A DNA stretch of 63,948 nucleotides, the filler included, from Chiloscyllium plagiosum (lineage: Eukaryota), in the NCBI RefSeq assembly GCF_004010195.1. It is 5 parts of one record of this genome, joined end to end, with 100 filler letters (N's around TTAATTAATTAA, not from the genome) between each part and the next. Parts side by side here need not be neighbours in the genome. Positions count along the whole stretch, not along the records: positions 20,276 to 35,678 come from NC_057714.1; positions 35,779 to 48,862 come from NC_057714.1; 3 more parts are not named here. The stretch is one strand, 5' to 3'. This document shows positions 25,331 through 37,819 of this stretch, one piece after another. The notes under the pieces were generated by a model, which was given only the letters and a program-made list of their open reading frames with translations, was not told the DNA's origin and searched no databases. Both the position numbers and the translations under genes were made by a program. Position 1 is the first letter of the stretch. Each line of letters opens with the position of its first letter.

Positions 25331-25849
25331 CACTTTGAGAAAATTTGCACTCTCCCACACCACAGTTAACTCTCCAGGAATCGTACCCAATTTGTTAAAA
25401 CCTCAACTTGCCAGGATCGTAAATCAGCTTGATCCCACGATTTACCATGTGGGAGGCGAACACGATCATGAGAAGATGGACACTGACCCCCGTCTCCATA
25501 AAGCCAGCTCCCAGTCCTGCTTTTTATTTGAACACGCCGCAGCCACAGAAATTGCAGTGGGGGGACTCGAGCCTGAGTTCTGTAGCAGGAGCCTCCAGTC
25601 CTTGGCTCCCCTTTATAGGTCTGAATCGGTTTGAATATTGAAATTTCTTGTGTCTGATCCGCAGGACACCCTGCAGGATTTTCAGACAGCACCATCCTCC
25701 CTGTGACATGCACGAGCTGGATAACATTCTGTTGTGTCATGTGTCCCGGCTTTGCCAATATCACCGTTGTTTAACTCCCTACATCCTGTTGGTCGAACTG
25801 TGATTCCAGTCTGAATCACAAATGTGTAACAAAACACCTTAGCTGTGCT

Positions 25850-26390
25850 GTCTCTCTACAGATATAAATGTGCTTCTCTTTTCGTATCATTCTCTTGCCT
25901 TCTCCCTGTAACTCTACACATTTTTACTTTCAACATGAACATTGAATTAGTTTTTCAACAACTCGATTGAACCTGCGTCTTTGTCAATGTCAGACCCTAA
26001 CCATTCCCTATGTGAAAACATTTCTCCTCATGTACATTTTTCTTCTTTTACTAATGTCTTTAAAACTCTGCCGAATCGCTCTCGATCCTTTCAGGCGTAG
26101 GGAGCATTCCCCCTTCCTTATTCCCTGTATCTAACCCACTCATGTCTTGGAAAGTTTTAACAAGGCCAGCTTTTGGCCTTCTGCTCTCCAAGAAGGCCTG
26201 TCCCAACTTTCCAAATTACCTTTACTGTTGACATTCCTCATATACCACACCATTCTCATCAACCTGTTCAGCGCTGTTTTTAATCATTTCACGTCCCCAC
26301 TTCCTAAAGTTTCACACCCAGAACTGTGCGAATATCCAGATGGTGGATTTACTCAGAGTGGGATTCTGTGGGTGAACATCCTCTAACACT
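25850..26390 (-). mobile_element. Old CR1 3' fragment
   Basis: Antisense CR1-like motifs (tgtgaaaacatttctcctca, cccagaactgtgcgaatatccagatg). Confidence 0.55.
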
Positions 26391-27888
26391 TGTTTCACTT
26401 TCACCAGATGTGGTACTGTGCCATGCCTACTACAATGACACTTCTGACCCCAAAACTCAAAGGTATTTCAAAGGGTGCAACTTAATGATTTACATCTTTT
26501 TATCAAGCAGTTGATAGGACGACCGAGCAAAAGTGAAATCAAACAACCAAGGATCGATGGCGACTTGAAGTAAGACATTCTCCCATGCCAGTATTAACAC
26601 AAGGTGCTGAGTGAAGATCATGCCCTAGACACTCTTACATTGCCTACACCAAACCAGTTGAGATTCGGCCAGGTCCAACTACATCCCAATTTGTTCTCAG
26701 ATTTCTAAGCATCAAAGTGTTTTAAGAATATCGCCTTGTCATTTTGTCTCCTTGTTCACAGAACAGTACTGTTTATCCCTTCTACTTGGACTAAGTTGTC
26801 TCCATCGGCAGAGTATTCAGCTTTCTCTCCACCGGCAAGCAGTGTGAGGAGAGGCAAGTGTGGTTACACTCTAAAGCTCGCTCTCATCGGCACGGCCAGT
26901 GCCATCAAGTGCTGGGAATCAGCAAGTTTGATTGGGAGCTTCCTGCAAATATCATTTATCTGAGCCAACGATAAAGATGTTGAGCTGGTGGGTAAGACAC
27001 AAATGTACCCCGGACTCTCTACCCTCAGGTAAAGTCATGTGAGGGCAGCCTGTGCAGCCTGTTTGCTATTCAAAATCCACCTTCACACAGCAATCCTGCA
27101 GAAAGGCTTTTGTAACAGTAACATCGGCTTCTTTGCTGCAATCGGGCAGCAGTGAACAACTGAGCCCCAACTTTCCTAGATAAAGACAATCCGAGTGAAG
27201 GTCTCACTCACTGAGAGCCATCTCCACGTCCCTGAGCTGCAGGGCTGCAGACAGTTTAACGCAGAAGATAGGGTTAACAATGAGACTTTGTTTCACCATC
27301 AGCCACTCTGTCCCAGAGACAGGAAGAGGGACAGCATCAATGCATGGTGTCACTCACGCGCTGATAGAAGCTGTTCAGCCCATCGAGTCCATAGCGACTC
27401 TCTGACGCTTATATATCCCTGTGATTATTCATAGTTGGTGATGTATGTCCTAATGATGCGGAGCTGTCCCTGTATCGCAATTCTGTCTCCAACTAATTGA
27501 TCCAATTGTAATTCACAGCTTTTCATTTCACAGGAAGAACACTGCTGTGTGAAACGGCGTGGGGAATAACTGCAGGGCGTCACGCGCATAGAGCACTCTA
27601 CAACTGATGTGTCTCACCTTCATCAGTTTATTCCCAGCTCTGGCAAGAGATTTTGCGAATCAGTTCAGAGCACACCGACAGAGAACAGGAAAAGAGCTTC
27701 CAGAACTTCAAAAGTGTGTTTCCTCATTTGTGTAAATTTCCCGCGTGTATCAGTATGAAATATTCATTTCAGATACATTGAATGAAAGGAAGCGGAAAGT
27801 GAAACAACACGCAATGCGTAGAATGGAGATCTATTACAGAGAAACACTGGAGGGGACAGTACACACACTGAAACATGGAATTGTCAAT

Positions 27889-27960
27889 GAGTAGAGGATG
27901 TTTTCAATCCATTAATTTCATGGTTATGAGTCCAATACGCTCCCGGTGGGCCGCTCTGTT
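27889..27960 (-). pseudogene. Initiator tRNA-Met(CAT) pseudogene
   Basis: 72-nt ungapped alignment to antisense iMet (tagcagaggatggtttcgatccatcgacctctgggttatgggcccagcacgcttccgctgcgccactctgct) with many substitutions. Confidence 0.8.
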
Positions 27961-29477
27961 AGCGCTGACCATAGCAGTTTCACACAGTCTTCAGCTTTTC
28001 GTCTGGCTTGTGGCATGTACCTCAGAGGATGATTTCAAAAGGTCTTCACTATTACTGTGTGACACACTGTGGAGCAGATGTATCCCGGCTGTGTCAATAT
28101 AACCTGTGACTAACTTGCCACATTCTGTTGATTTAACTGTGATTTCACTCAGAATAGCAAAATATGTCACAATGCAATGTGAGGCTATGCAACCCCTAAA
28201 CAATAAGGAAATATCGATTGATTGATTTATTTGATTGATTGATTGTCACAAGAACCTCAGTACAGTGAAAACTTTTGTTTGCGATTGGTAAAGGCAGGTC
28301 ATACTAATCAAGATCACAGCATAAGTAAAACAAAATTTTGGACAGATTAAGGTTTTCAGGTTACTCCGCACAGGACGTGCACTCGGCAAAATCCACATTA
28401 ACAGGATCAGCATCATTTGAAGTTAGGGAATCCATTTTTCAGTCTTGTAACGACCTCCAAGAAGTTGCTGTTGTGTGTCTTTAAGCTTCGGTACCTTGTT
28501 CTGAACTCGAGCTCATCAAAATTATACATTCTGAGTAAAAAATACAACCAAATGCAGAACTCCAGTGCTCAAGTGTGACTTCTCGCACTTACATCACCCA
28601 CCCGAGGCGATATCACACCCAAGACCAACAAGCCAGAACCGCAACAGAAGCATGATCCATTAATCAGGCGAGTTTCCTTGTTTAAAAAATGGGGTTTTTC
28701 TGTTGTTTCGGAGGGAAGGCCGCACAGACTTTTAATAACAGCTCCTTGCCATTCTGACTTCCGGTTCCCCGGAGGCTGTGCTCGCCACTTCTTTTGCGAG
28801 CGGGCTCCCATCATTGGCAGCTGGACGAACTCATCTTCAACTGGCAATTAGTGTTCTGGGGGAAGAAACATAAACACGCTTTTCAGCCACTATCAAACAC
28901 GGGGTTGTGGAGGGCGGGAGAGGGTTAGAGGTAGTGGGAGTTATGGAAATTCTGGAAAGCTGTACAAGAGATCGCGCATGCACAGGACTTAATATTCTTT
29001 CGGGAACCTTGTGCAAATAACGCCATCTGAGACAGATAGAAATGTGAAGAACTGCAGGGAAAGAGAGAATCTCTCCCAGTCATCTGTGTCTGTGTCCTTC
29101 TCGAAGTCACAGCGAGGGCTCTGCTGTCTGAATCAGCATGGGATGTAACTGCAGCGAGTCCTGTCGCTCAGGCACGTTGCACCTGATTTGTATAAATTTT
29201 ATCACGTTACCGCCAGCTCAGAGAACAGATTTCACAGCTCACATCATCTCGGAGTGACAGGAACAGAAGAAAGCGATTCAGACCATCATCTTACCACCTG
29301 CTGGGGAGAAAACGGATGTGGGAGAGCAAACAGTCACGACCAGTGCATGTTCCCAGCATTTACAATTTTGGTCTGTGTGATAACAAAAGCAGGAACCAGG
29401 AACTGTTTATCTTGCTTCTTAAAACAGGCGTGAAAATTTGCAGAGCATAGATACATGCTGTTAGTGAAATGATGAAA

Positions 29478-29553
29478 AGCAGACTATAGTCCACCCAGTA
29501 TGGTCTAACCTCTGGGCTATGGGGTCAGCACGCTCCAACTGTGACCCTCTGCT
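29478..29553 (-). pseudogene. Initiator tRNA-Met(CAT) pseudogene, T-arm degraded
   Basis: Reverse complement is AGCAGAGGGTCACAGTTGGAGCGTGCTGACCCCATAGCCCAGAGGTTAGA..GTCTGCT followed by a T-run. Confidence 0.7.
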
Positions 29554-29979
29554 CACCGGATTTGAACACAATCAAAGAAATGACTCAGTGACAAAATCTG
29601 TTGAAACGTATTCTGTGAGGAATTGAAAGCGATGGAATGAAAAGCCCCTTGAGAGCGGGATGTAACATTATCTGTGTAAGGATCGTTTTCCAGACTCGAG
29701 GAGACTGCGCAGTGCTGTTTCCATGGGTCAAGAACACGATAGATAGATTGAATCAGCGTCAAATGTTATTGGAGGGAGCCCTGTCGCTTAGACACACTGC
29801 ACCTTTTGTACAATGGTGCAAAAGCACGGACCTTTTCTGTAGAAGGGACAACTTCAAAATCGTTAATGAGGTACAATGCACAAATGAGCGAAACAACAAA
29901 GCAACCACAGAAATTGGTGTTACTTGAACAGGTAAACCCATCTCTAATGTAAACCGACAAAACAGAAAGGATTCACCCC

Positions 29980-30535
29980 GTGCTGTATTCTGTTAAAATT
30001 CAAGAGGCAAACAACGATCCCAAAAATCACCATTTAAAGTTAAAAATAACAACGTTATTTTTTTTTAACATTTGACAGAGAATAATCAACTTATAACTAC
30101 TTTTAACTCATTTTCTCTCAACCGGTCTTTAACCTTCTGCTCTACAATACCTCCTCAACCCCGAGCCCATTAACATTTACAAAAAAATTCAATTGTAAAA
30201 ATCACACTAGTTGTCGAATCTTCTCTTTGTATCTTCCTCTGTAGATTTTTTATCCAGGTGGGTGTTAATTTTTTTTTTCTATGCAATCTATTTCTCCAGA
30301 TAGGCACCTCTTGGAGATTTTACTAACATCCTACATCTCTTAGTATTTTAGCTGCTCTCTTTGCTGTTCTTTGTCGCTCTGGGTAACTGTTCAAAATGTC
30401 CGGTATTTGTCCCACAAAACGTCGGATCATTGTAACATTGTAAAAATACCAAATTCAAACTTGATTGGGGCATAATTTAAACTAATTGGCCAAATTTGAA
30501 TTTGTTTTTTTTGTATCCATGTATCGGAATTGATT
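29980..30535 (-). mobile_element. Partial solo LTR related to the LTR at 45151
   Basis: Reverse complement of 30450-30521 (catggatacaaaa..caaattca..tttaaattatgccccaatcaagtttgaa) matches 45238-45303. Confidence 0.65.
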
Positions 30536-32818
30536 TTTCAAAAATAAAAACATTTTAGAAGATGATTCCAGAATAGTTGAAAAACCACGTGCAGACACAC
30601 AAAGAGCGAATTTAACAGGGACAGGGACTCTGGGCTGCCTGGATGGAGAGGCAAAAGTGACATACTCACGAATTGTTTAGCGTTCATCGGAAAGAAATTG
30701 CATAACACCTGCAACTGAACATGTTAAGTGTAAGAAGAGCTGGTGGTGCTTGAAAAGTGTAGCCACTGGTTCTACATGAACTACTACAAATTGTTAATGT
30801 GCTGAGCTGTTTGTTTTAGCTTTGCATTAAATGGAAGCCGGTTAGCTCAGTCTGCTGGCGAACTGGTTTATGGTATAGAGTGAGGCTAACAACGTGGGAT
30901 TAATTGTCGCACTGCCTCAGGTTGCCATAAGGATCATCAGCTCCTCCGCTCACGTGATCTGTAATACAATGGTGACCCCAGTGAGTAGGAATGGACCTGT
31001 CGATGTCAAGCATCATTACCATTGCCATCTGTTGCCTTGAACATTTGGTCACAATGACCAGTAACGGGACTGAGTCCATTTAATACTCACTGATCTCTGT
31101 CCGAAAAATCCAGCAACAAGACTGGTCCTTATTTCTGTTTGAACCCTCTGTTCCACACAGCAGCAAAACTATTTGTCATGAATTTACCAGATACGCTGAC
31201 AACATTCAATCTACCCAAAGAGATAAATCTAATTCCTTTCGAACGGTTAAGTGAGTTTGCAGCAAACAGGATTATATGAAACGAGTTGAACAGCCTTTTC
31301 AAGAATGTAATCCAGTGCAGTGTCAGAGATTTGAAAAAGGTCATCAAGCTAAAATATCACCTCTGTTTCTCGATCCACAGATGGATAATCACCTGGGGAA
31401 TATGTGCAGTTTTACGTTTAATAATTGACACTCTTCCCAAAGACAGAACAATCCCACAAATCAGAAACTGGCGTTTTCGAATATATTCTGCATAATTTCA
31501 ACTACGCTTCAGTCTGATGCTCCAATAATTCCTGATCAACGTCAGTAAAAGCAGCTTTAGGTAAGGATTGAAATTACACCTGCGGCGTTTTTACATGCTG
31601 TTAAGTACCAAGTGCTGATCAGTTGCTCCACTAGAGCCGCCGGCAGCAAGCCGATAACGTGCCCTACTCGTATCTCTGGGACCTTCGACCCGCCTGTTCT
31701 ACTTTTGCTGTGGTTCTGAAATTAAAGCTAAGGCAGAGGAGGAGGAACTGACATGGATCTGTGACTATTCGAGCACCAGGTTCAGGAAATGGGACACAGA
31801 AAAATGGGATTGAAAACTGAGTTTCTGTGGCTCGCTGCGTTGTTTACAATGTGACATTATCGATGTCGCAGGGCTTCTCATTCAGTCGGCTTCAATTTGG
31901 CACAGAATTCGATTCATCGACACTTCCTGAACTTCCTTCTGCAAGTTCCTACCGACAACATGAAACATACTGCACTCATCACCAACCTTCACCATGGCTA
32001 CATCCAAGGACATGTTGCACAGTTTTCATGAATACTGAAGATATAAGAATGTTACACAAGAGTAAATTAAATTTCAGTTTAAATTGTAAAGTGATAAGAA
32101 TCCTGGGTAAGATACTGAATGTCCCAAATTCATGTTTATTACTGTGGCCAGAACTCTAGCTAGGCAAAGGGGAAATCTGTGCCTGAATCCCCAATATCCA
32201 CACGGCCATTTGCTTCATGTACCCAGTTGGAAACCTGTGTGAAGGAGCATGCAGTCTGACAGAGCGCCTGGGAGAATCCTCCACTGTCTGATCTAAAGCT
32301 GCAACAGGAGCTGTGTATTCCAGCTGTGAGAGCAGTGGGATAAAGGGGAGGTCCTTGGTATTCCATGGTGTAGATTCACAGGGTCCTCATCATGTTATTG
32401 TTTAAAACCCTCTGTCAGAAACAGCACAGACAGAGGAATAAGAGGGGCCCATTTCACCCGCCAGCGCTACCGGGTCATTTGACATCATTATGGCTGACCG
32501 AACACATCAATGTCTTTTCCCAGCCCATCCACAACAACCTGTCGCCCAAAGGGAAAACGACACTGAATAAATCGAAAACCTCTGTGTAACTGTGGGAGGG
32601 AAATGTGTTTAGAGACAGTGGGCTTCTGCAGTGGGTTTTGAAAGAGCAGCCGATTCTGGGCTGATCATATTTCAAATGATACGATTCCTTCAAAACTCAC
32701 CACGCAGAAACTGAGGAATCTTCTCTGGTCAGTCGCAGCGACGAGAAATCCAGACGATGGGAACTGATGATGAGTCAGCAGAACAATAATTGATTCAGCT
32801 GAAATCTGAACTAAACTT

Positions 32819-32910
32819 AGATTCTGTTGGGATTCAAACCCACAAACTTTGAATCGCAATCCTAACAATGCAGTAGATGTCCAACAGGTCTTTCATTGTG
32901 CCACAGAGCT
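32819..32910 (-). pseudogene. tRNA-Arg(TCT) pseudogene retaining a 19-nt intron (32855-32873)
   Basis: Reverse complement is AGCTCTGTGGCACAATG..TTGGACATCTA-[ctgcattgttaggattgcg]-ATTCAAAGTTTGTGGGTTTGAATCCCAACAGAATC. Confidence 0.85.
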
Positions 32911-33289
32911 GTACTAGCCTCCATTTTACTGTACCCAAAGTTACGGTGTTCAAGTTTTTCATCAAACATCTGTTTATCCTCGCCCCACTTCCCAAGACCT
33001 GGTCCTTATCCGTGCATGCTCTAGCTCCTAAAGTGTTCGGCTAAATTCTCCTGAAGACACCACACGTTCAAACAGTGAGTTCTAGACAAACAACACTCTC
33101 AGGATGTAAACATTCTTCCTAAATCTTCTCTGAACATCCTCTCTCCCGCGTTTCATCTATACCCCTGGTTATTAACACTTCCCATAAGAAGTTTATTCCT
33201 GTCACACATATCTATCCCCTTCCTGAGCACGTTAGTAAATTCCTCTCTCAGCTTTCTCCATTCTCAGATAAAGAGTCCCAGTCGAGCTT

Positions 33290-34050
33290 TGCAGTGGCGA
33301 GAGTGTAGTGCTTTAAAAGCACAGCAGGTCAGGCATCTGAGGAGCAAGATAATCAATGTTTTGGTCATAAGCCCTTCATCAGGAATGAGGATTTTGAGTC
33401 GGGGTTGAGGGAGAGGAATGGGGTTTTAGATTAGATTACTTACAGTGTGGAAACAGGCCCTTCGGCCCAACAAGTCCACACTGCCCCACCGAAGCGCAAC
33501 CCACCCATACCCTTACATTTACCCCTTACCTAACACTACGGACAATTTAGCATGGCCAATTCACCTAACCCGCACATCTTTGGACTGTGGGAGGAAACCG
33601 GAGCACCCGGAGGAAACCCACGCAGACACGGGGAGAACGTACAAACTCCACACAGTCAGTCTCTGGCGCTGTGAAGCAGCAGTGCTAACCACTGTGCCAC
33701 CGTGCCACCATGGGTTGGTGGTCAGGTAATGGGAAAGTGGATGAAGGTGAGGGAAAATGTGATAATTCAGAGGAGGGATTGATGGACGTGTCCAAAGAGC
33801 AGTGTCTAGTTGGGACTGGGATAATGTGGGGGGAGGCGAAATGAGGAAGCTGTTGAAATACATATTTATACCGTCTGGTTGCAGGGTCCCAAGTTGGAAT
33901 ATGAGACGTTCTTCCTCCAGGCATCGGCTGGTAATGAAATAGCGGTGGCTTGTGCCCGAAACATGGATTCTCCTGCTCCTCAGATGCTGTCTGACGTGTG
34001 CTTTTGCAACACTACACTGTCGACTCTTAGCTCCAGCACTTTCGCTTATC
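33290..34050 (-). mobile_element. Penelope family A 3' fragment with inverted partial pLTR (~33950-34050), interrupted by a SINE
   Basis: LEEERLIFQLGTLQPDGIN in ORF 33561..34157; antisense hammerhead remnant at 33350-33387. Confidence 0.85.
33426..33708 (-). mobile_element. HE1-type SINE
   Basis: Near-identical to 6661-6979, with a short deletion in the head. Confidence 0.9.
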
Positions 34051-35304
34051 TTTGCAGGAGGAATGGTCGAGCTCAGGCACCACGTTGGTAAATCTCCTCT
34101 GACCACCCTCCCGTGCAAACACACGTTTCCTGAAGGCTGGCGATCAGAACAGAACAAAATTATCCAAAGAAAAGCAGAAATATCTGAACAAAATCAGCAG
34201 GTTTAGTGCATCCGGGAGAGATTTCCGAGCCAAACGATCTGCCTTTGGAACAAATGGTATGTGTAGGTGGGGCAGGAACGAGAAAGAAGATGTACAGTGT
34301 CTAAAATAATTGAACTCGATACTGGGTATTGAAGATTGCACGGTCTCTCAGCAGGAAATTATGTGCCGCTCTTTCAACTCATGCTGTGCTATGCGGGAGC
34401 TCGGCAGCAGACCAAACTGAAATGGAGGCATGGCATCATAGTGGGGTGTTGCAGTGACAGGAACCTGGAAGCTCAGGGTCTTTTTTTTGCTTGCAGAGAG
34501 AACGTAGGTGTACACACGTTTGTCACCCACTCTGTTTTTCTCTCCCCAGTCTGGACGAGATCACATTGTGAGCTGGAAAATCAGTTTGCTAAATTGAGTG
34601 ATGGGCAGATAAATCACTGAACCTTACACAGTGAGGAGAGACATCATAAACGATCAGCATTACACCTTCTTGGATTTCGTGGAATGGTGCTATATGGGGA
34701 AGTGCTGGAGGTCAAGGAGGATTGGACGATGGCGTACAGAGAGAAAGTTTCCTGCATAGTGCCGGGATTCAGTGGTAGGGGCTACTGGAGAAAGGGCAGA
34801 ATGTATATCTTTCTGAGCTACCTGCTCTAAAAAAAACAGCTCACTACGTAGCAAAAGTATTTAATGATTTTCATTCCAACACAGACACTAGGTACAGTTT
34901 GCAGAAGTCACGTGTTTGCACTATCACTGTCACTCTGTCTCCCCGGGAGCAGTAGTACGACAGAACAGTTCTTCGTGTGACATGTCCCTTCGAGAATGGA
35001 AGGACAGGTGTTAATAACCCGTCCTTGGAACGGAGTATCTGTATTTCTCAATAACAATTACTTTACTGTCCAAACTCCATTTCAAATAACTTGACCCATA
35101 GCCTTGTATGTCTTGGCATCACAAATTCAAATCTGGATATTTTGGAAAATTATGGGGATTTCTGCCTCTTCGATCCTTGCATACACTGTATTCCAGATTA
35201 CAACCACCCACTGTTTGAAAACGTTTTTTTATGCATTCACTCTGATCTTTCCGCCTCTGACCTTAAATCGATGGCCAACCGTGATCGAAGTCTCCATCAA
35301 AGTA

Positions 35305-35678
35305 TAACTTCGAGTGCGAGCAGCAGCTAAGGTAAGGCAGTTTGTTTTAAAATTACTTACTGGTAGCGGGCAGCGGTGTTTTTTTTTCTCTTTACGGAAA
35401 GAGCGGGAGCAGCAGGGGGAAGTGACGAAGACCGGAGGGGCAGCCGGGTAGGTTTTTTTCCCTTTAAAAGTGCGCAGGAGAAGAACCCGAAGCACTACAG
35501 AGGTAGTGTCTCCCACCCGCCCATCTCCTCTAACCTGAATAATAAGACCCGTTGTGGTAAGTAGGTAAGTGCTGCATTTTGCTTGTTGTATTCTTTAGAC
35601 CCAGTTTTTTTTATAAAAGGTTACTTTCAGAGGGATGGCAGTGAAGGCAGTGCAATGTTCCTCTTGCAACATGTTTGA
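35305..35678 (+). mobile_element. 5' region and ORF1 start of a CR1 LINE
   Basis: ATG at 35635 gives MAVKAVQCSSCNMF (CxxC zinc-finger start typical of CR1 ORF1), cut by the linker. Confidence 0.6.
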
Positions 35679-35778
35679 NNNNNNNNNNNNNNNNNNNNNN
35701 NNNNNNNNNNNNNNNNNNNNNNTTAATTAATTAANNNNNNNNNNNNNNNNNNNNNNNNNNNNNNNNNNNNNNNNNNNN
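35679..35778. other. Artificial scaffold linker
   Basis: 44 N + TTAATTAATTAA + 44 N. Confidence 0.95.
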
Positions 35779-35899
35779 CTGTCCTTGATCGGACCTACCC
35801 TCGTTCTCGTCATTCTCATGTTTCTCACATATGCATAAAATGCCTTTGGGTTATCCTTGATCCTATCCGCCAAAGATTTTTCATGCCCTCTCTTAGCTA

Positions 35900-36501
35900 G
35901 GTTATGTTGTCCTTGATTTTGTTCAGAGAGGTTCTAAATGTCCCAAGGATCCAACATGTCTCAATATTGAACGCTTCATTGGGGTCCTTTGTTTTTTGCC
36001 CAACAGATAATGCCTCGGACAGAGGGCTTTCAAGCCTTTAAAAAAAACTGGTGCAATCAAGGGGATGTGGCCAGCTCTCCAGTTGCACAGGTCAGTTCAG
36101 TTCGAGTGTTAGTTGAGTCAGGTTCAGTGTTGAAACTGGACGCTCTCCCCCTCCTTCAGCCCTCCGACTTTGTAACCTATAAGCTTTTTTGTGTAATTTT
36201 TACTCTTTGTGCTCAGGGGTTGGTTTATTAGGATTGTTGCAAGTAATTAGGATCAGCATCATTAATTAGAGATAGCCTGTAAGTTTTGGACAGGATGAAT
36301 TATTCAGGTACAGTATTTTCGGTTCGTTAAGTTTGATTCCTTATTTTTGCAAATACATTCTGTTTGTTTAGAAGTTGGCAGGCAGACTAACTAATTAACT
36401 CTGGGAATATCCACTATACAATTTCCTTCAACAAATGGCAACATTACGGACTGGACTACGTGATTAAGAATGTTGTGACAGGTCGGGCCTGGTCCATAAC
36501 A
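35900..36501 (+). mobile_element. Solo Gypsy LTR related to the 6244/9114 LTRs
   Basis: Ends ..ggcctggtccataaca, whose reverse complement tgttatggaccaggcc resembles tgctgtggaccagacc (6244); gtggccagctctcc matches the reverse complement of ggagagctggccac at ~6561. Confidence 0.65.
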
Positions 36502-37479
36502 ATGTACATAACCTTGTTTATTAAAAGTCATGAATTAATGAGTAAGGGATGGAATGAATATGATAATGGCTATGAGACAGAAAGTGCTGCGGCCAGTGGC
36601 TGAGGAGACCTGATGAGAGTGCAGCAATATCTCCCAGTCACTAGTGTTCAGCCATCACTATTTCTGACAAATGGAATGGAATGCAATGCAGAGCAAGATG
36701 TACCCTGATGTATGGAACAACAATGTGAATGGAATAGGGCAATTTTAAATGTGAAGTACATAGTTATATTTTATATCGACTGTTTAATCACAGGTTATAT
36801 AGGTTGTTAAGATTGTTGATATCCAGACGGGATATTCAGAAATAAAAACAGACACAGATAACCAAATGTATTTCGTTATAGTGAGTTACAGCAGAGTAAG
36901 AGTGAGAATACAGCTCATACCGAGCTGGTGCAGAGATGATGGGCTATATGACAACCACCTTTATTGTACATATTCAGAGAAATATATTGAAAATGTTCAG
37001 AGACTGAGGAGACAGGTTTAGTCATAAAACACACAGACAATATCATAATTAATGAACTATTCCTATTTTTCATCAAGTGAAGCTGTCTCTAAAAGGTCTT
37101 TTAAATCTAAATCACTTTGATGAGATCCACGCATTTATTTTCAGAATTTAAAGGAGAAACAGACTATTGTGTAATACATGTGTCACTGGCACAAGTGATG
37201 GGAACAGGAATGGAGCATATTGTCCAAATATAGTCGGGTTCAACATCCAGAGCAATCAAGAAAAAGGAAAATATTAGAGATAGTGGAAATCTGAAATACA
37301 AATGCAAAATTAAGGAGGAATGCAACAGATCATGCAGGATCTGGGCAGAGAAACAGAGTTAACATATCGAGTCTTATATGAACCTGTTCTGAACAAGTTA
37401 TGTTAAACTCCAAAAGAGTTAATTCCATTTTTCTCTGCTCCGATACTATCTGAACTGTGGGGTTTCTCTCCAGCACACT

Positions 37480-37780
37480 CAATTGGTGCAAAGACAGGAG
37501 ACAGAGAGTAATGGTGGGTTGTTGCTTTTCGAACTGAAGGCTTGTGCCCAGCAGAGTCGCACAGAGGTTGGTTCTGGGTTTTCATTGTTGGTCATGTATG
37601 TAAATTATTTGCATGAGAATATCGAAGGCATGGTTCGTAAGTTTGCAGATGACACCAAAATTTGTGGCACAGTGGACAGTGAAGAAGGTTTTCTAAGAAT
37701 ACAAAAGGATATTGAGCAAATGGGTCAAGAGACTGACAAATAGCACATAGAGTTCCCGCTGGACGAATGTGAGGTGCAGG
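37480..37780 (+). mobile_element. CR1 RT fragment
   Basis: [28 protein letters not shown]. Confidence 0.85.
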
Positions 37781-37819
37781 CAAAAATGTGTGTGTTTGCT
37801 GCTGTCTAGTGAACCAGGA

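Larger units (their letters stand above)
23579..25380. repeat. tRNA-bearing repeat unit, copy B (with internal inversion)
   Basis: Copy of 20378-22172; 24112-24528 is inverted relative to copy A. Confidence 0.9.

Noticed and set aside
34939..34990. Possible tRNA-Asp remnant (ctccccg..cgtgtgaca)
   Set aside because: Too few matching bases to support
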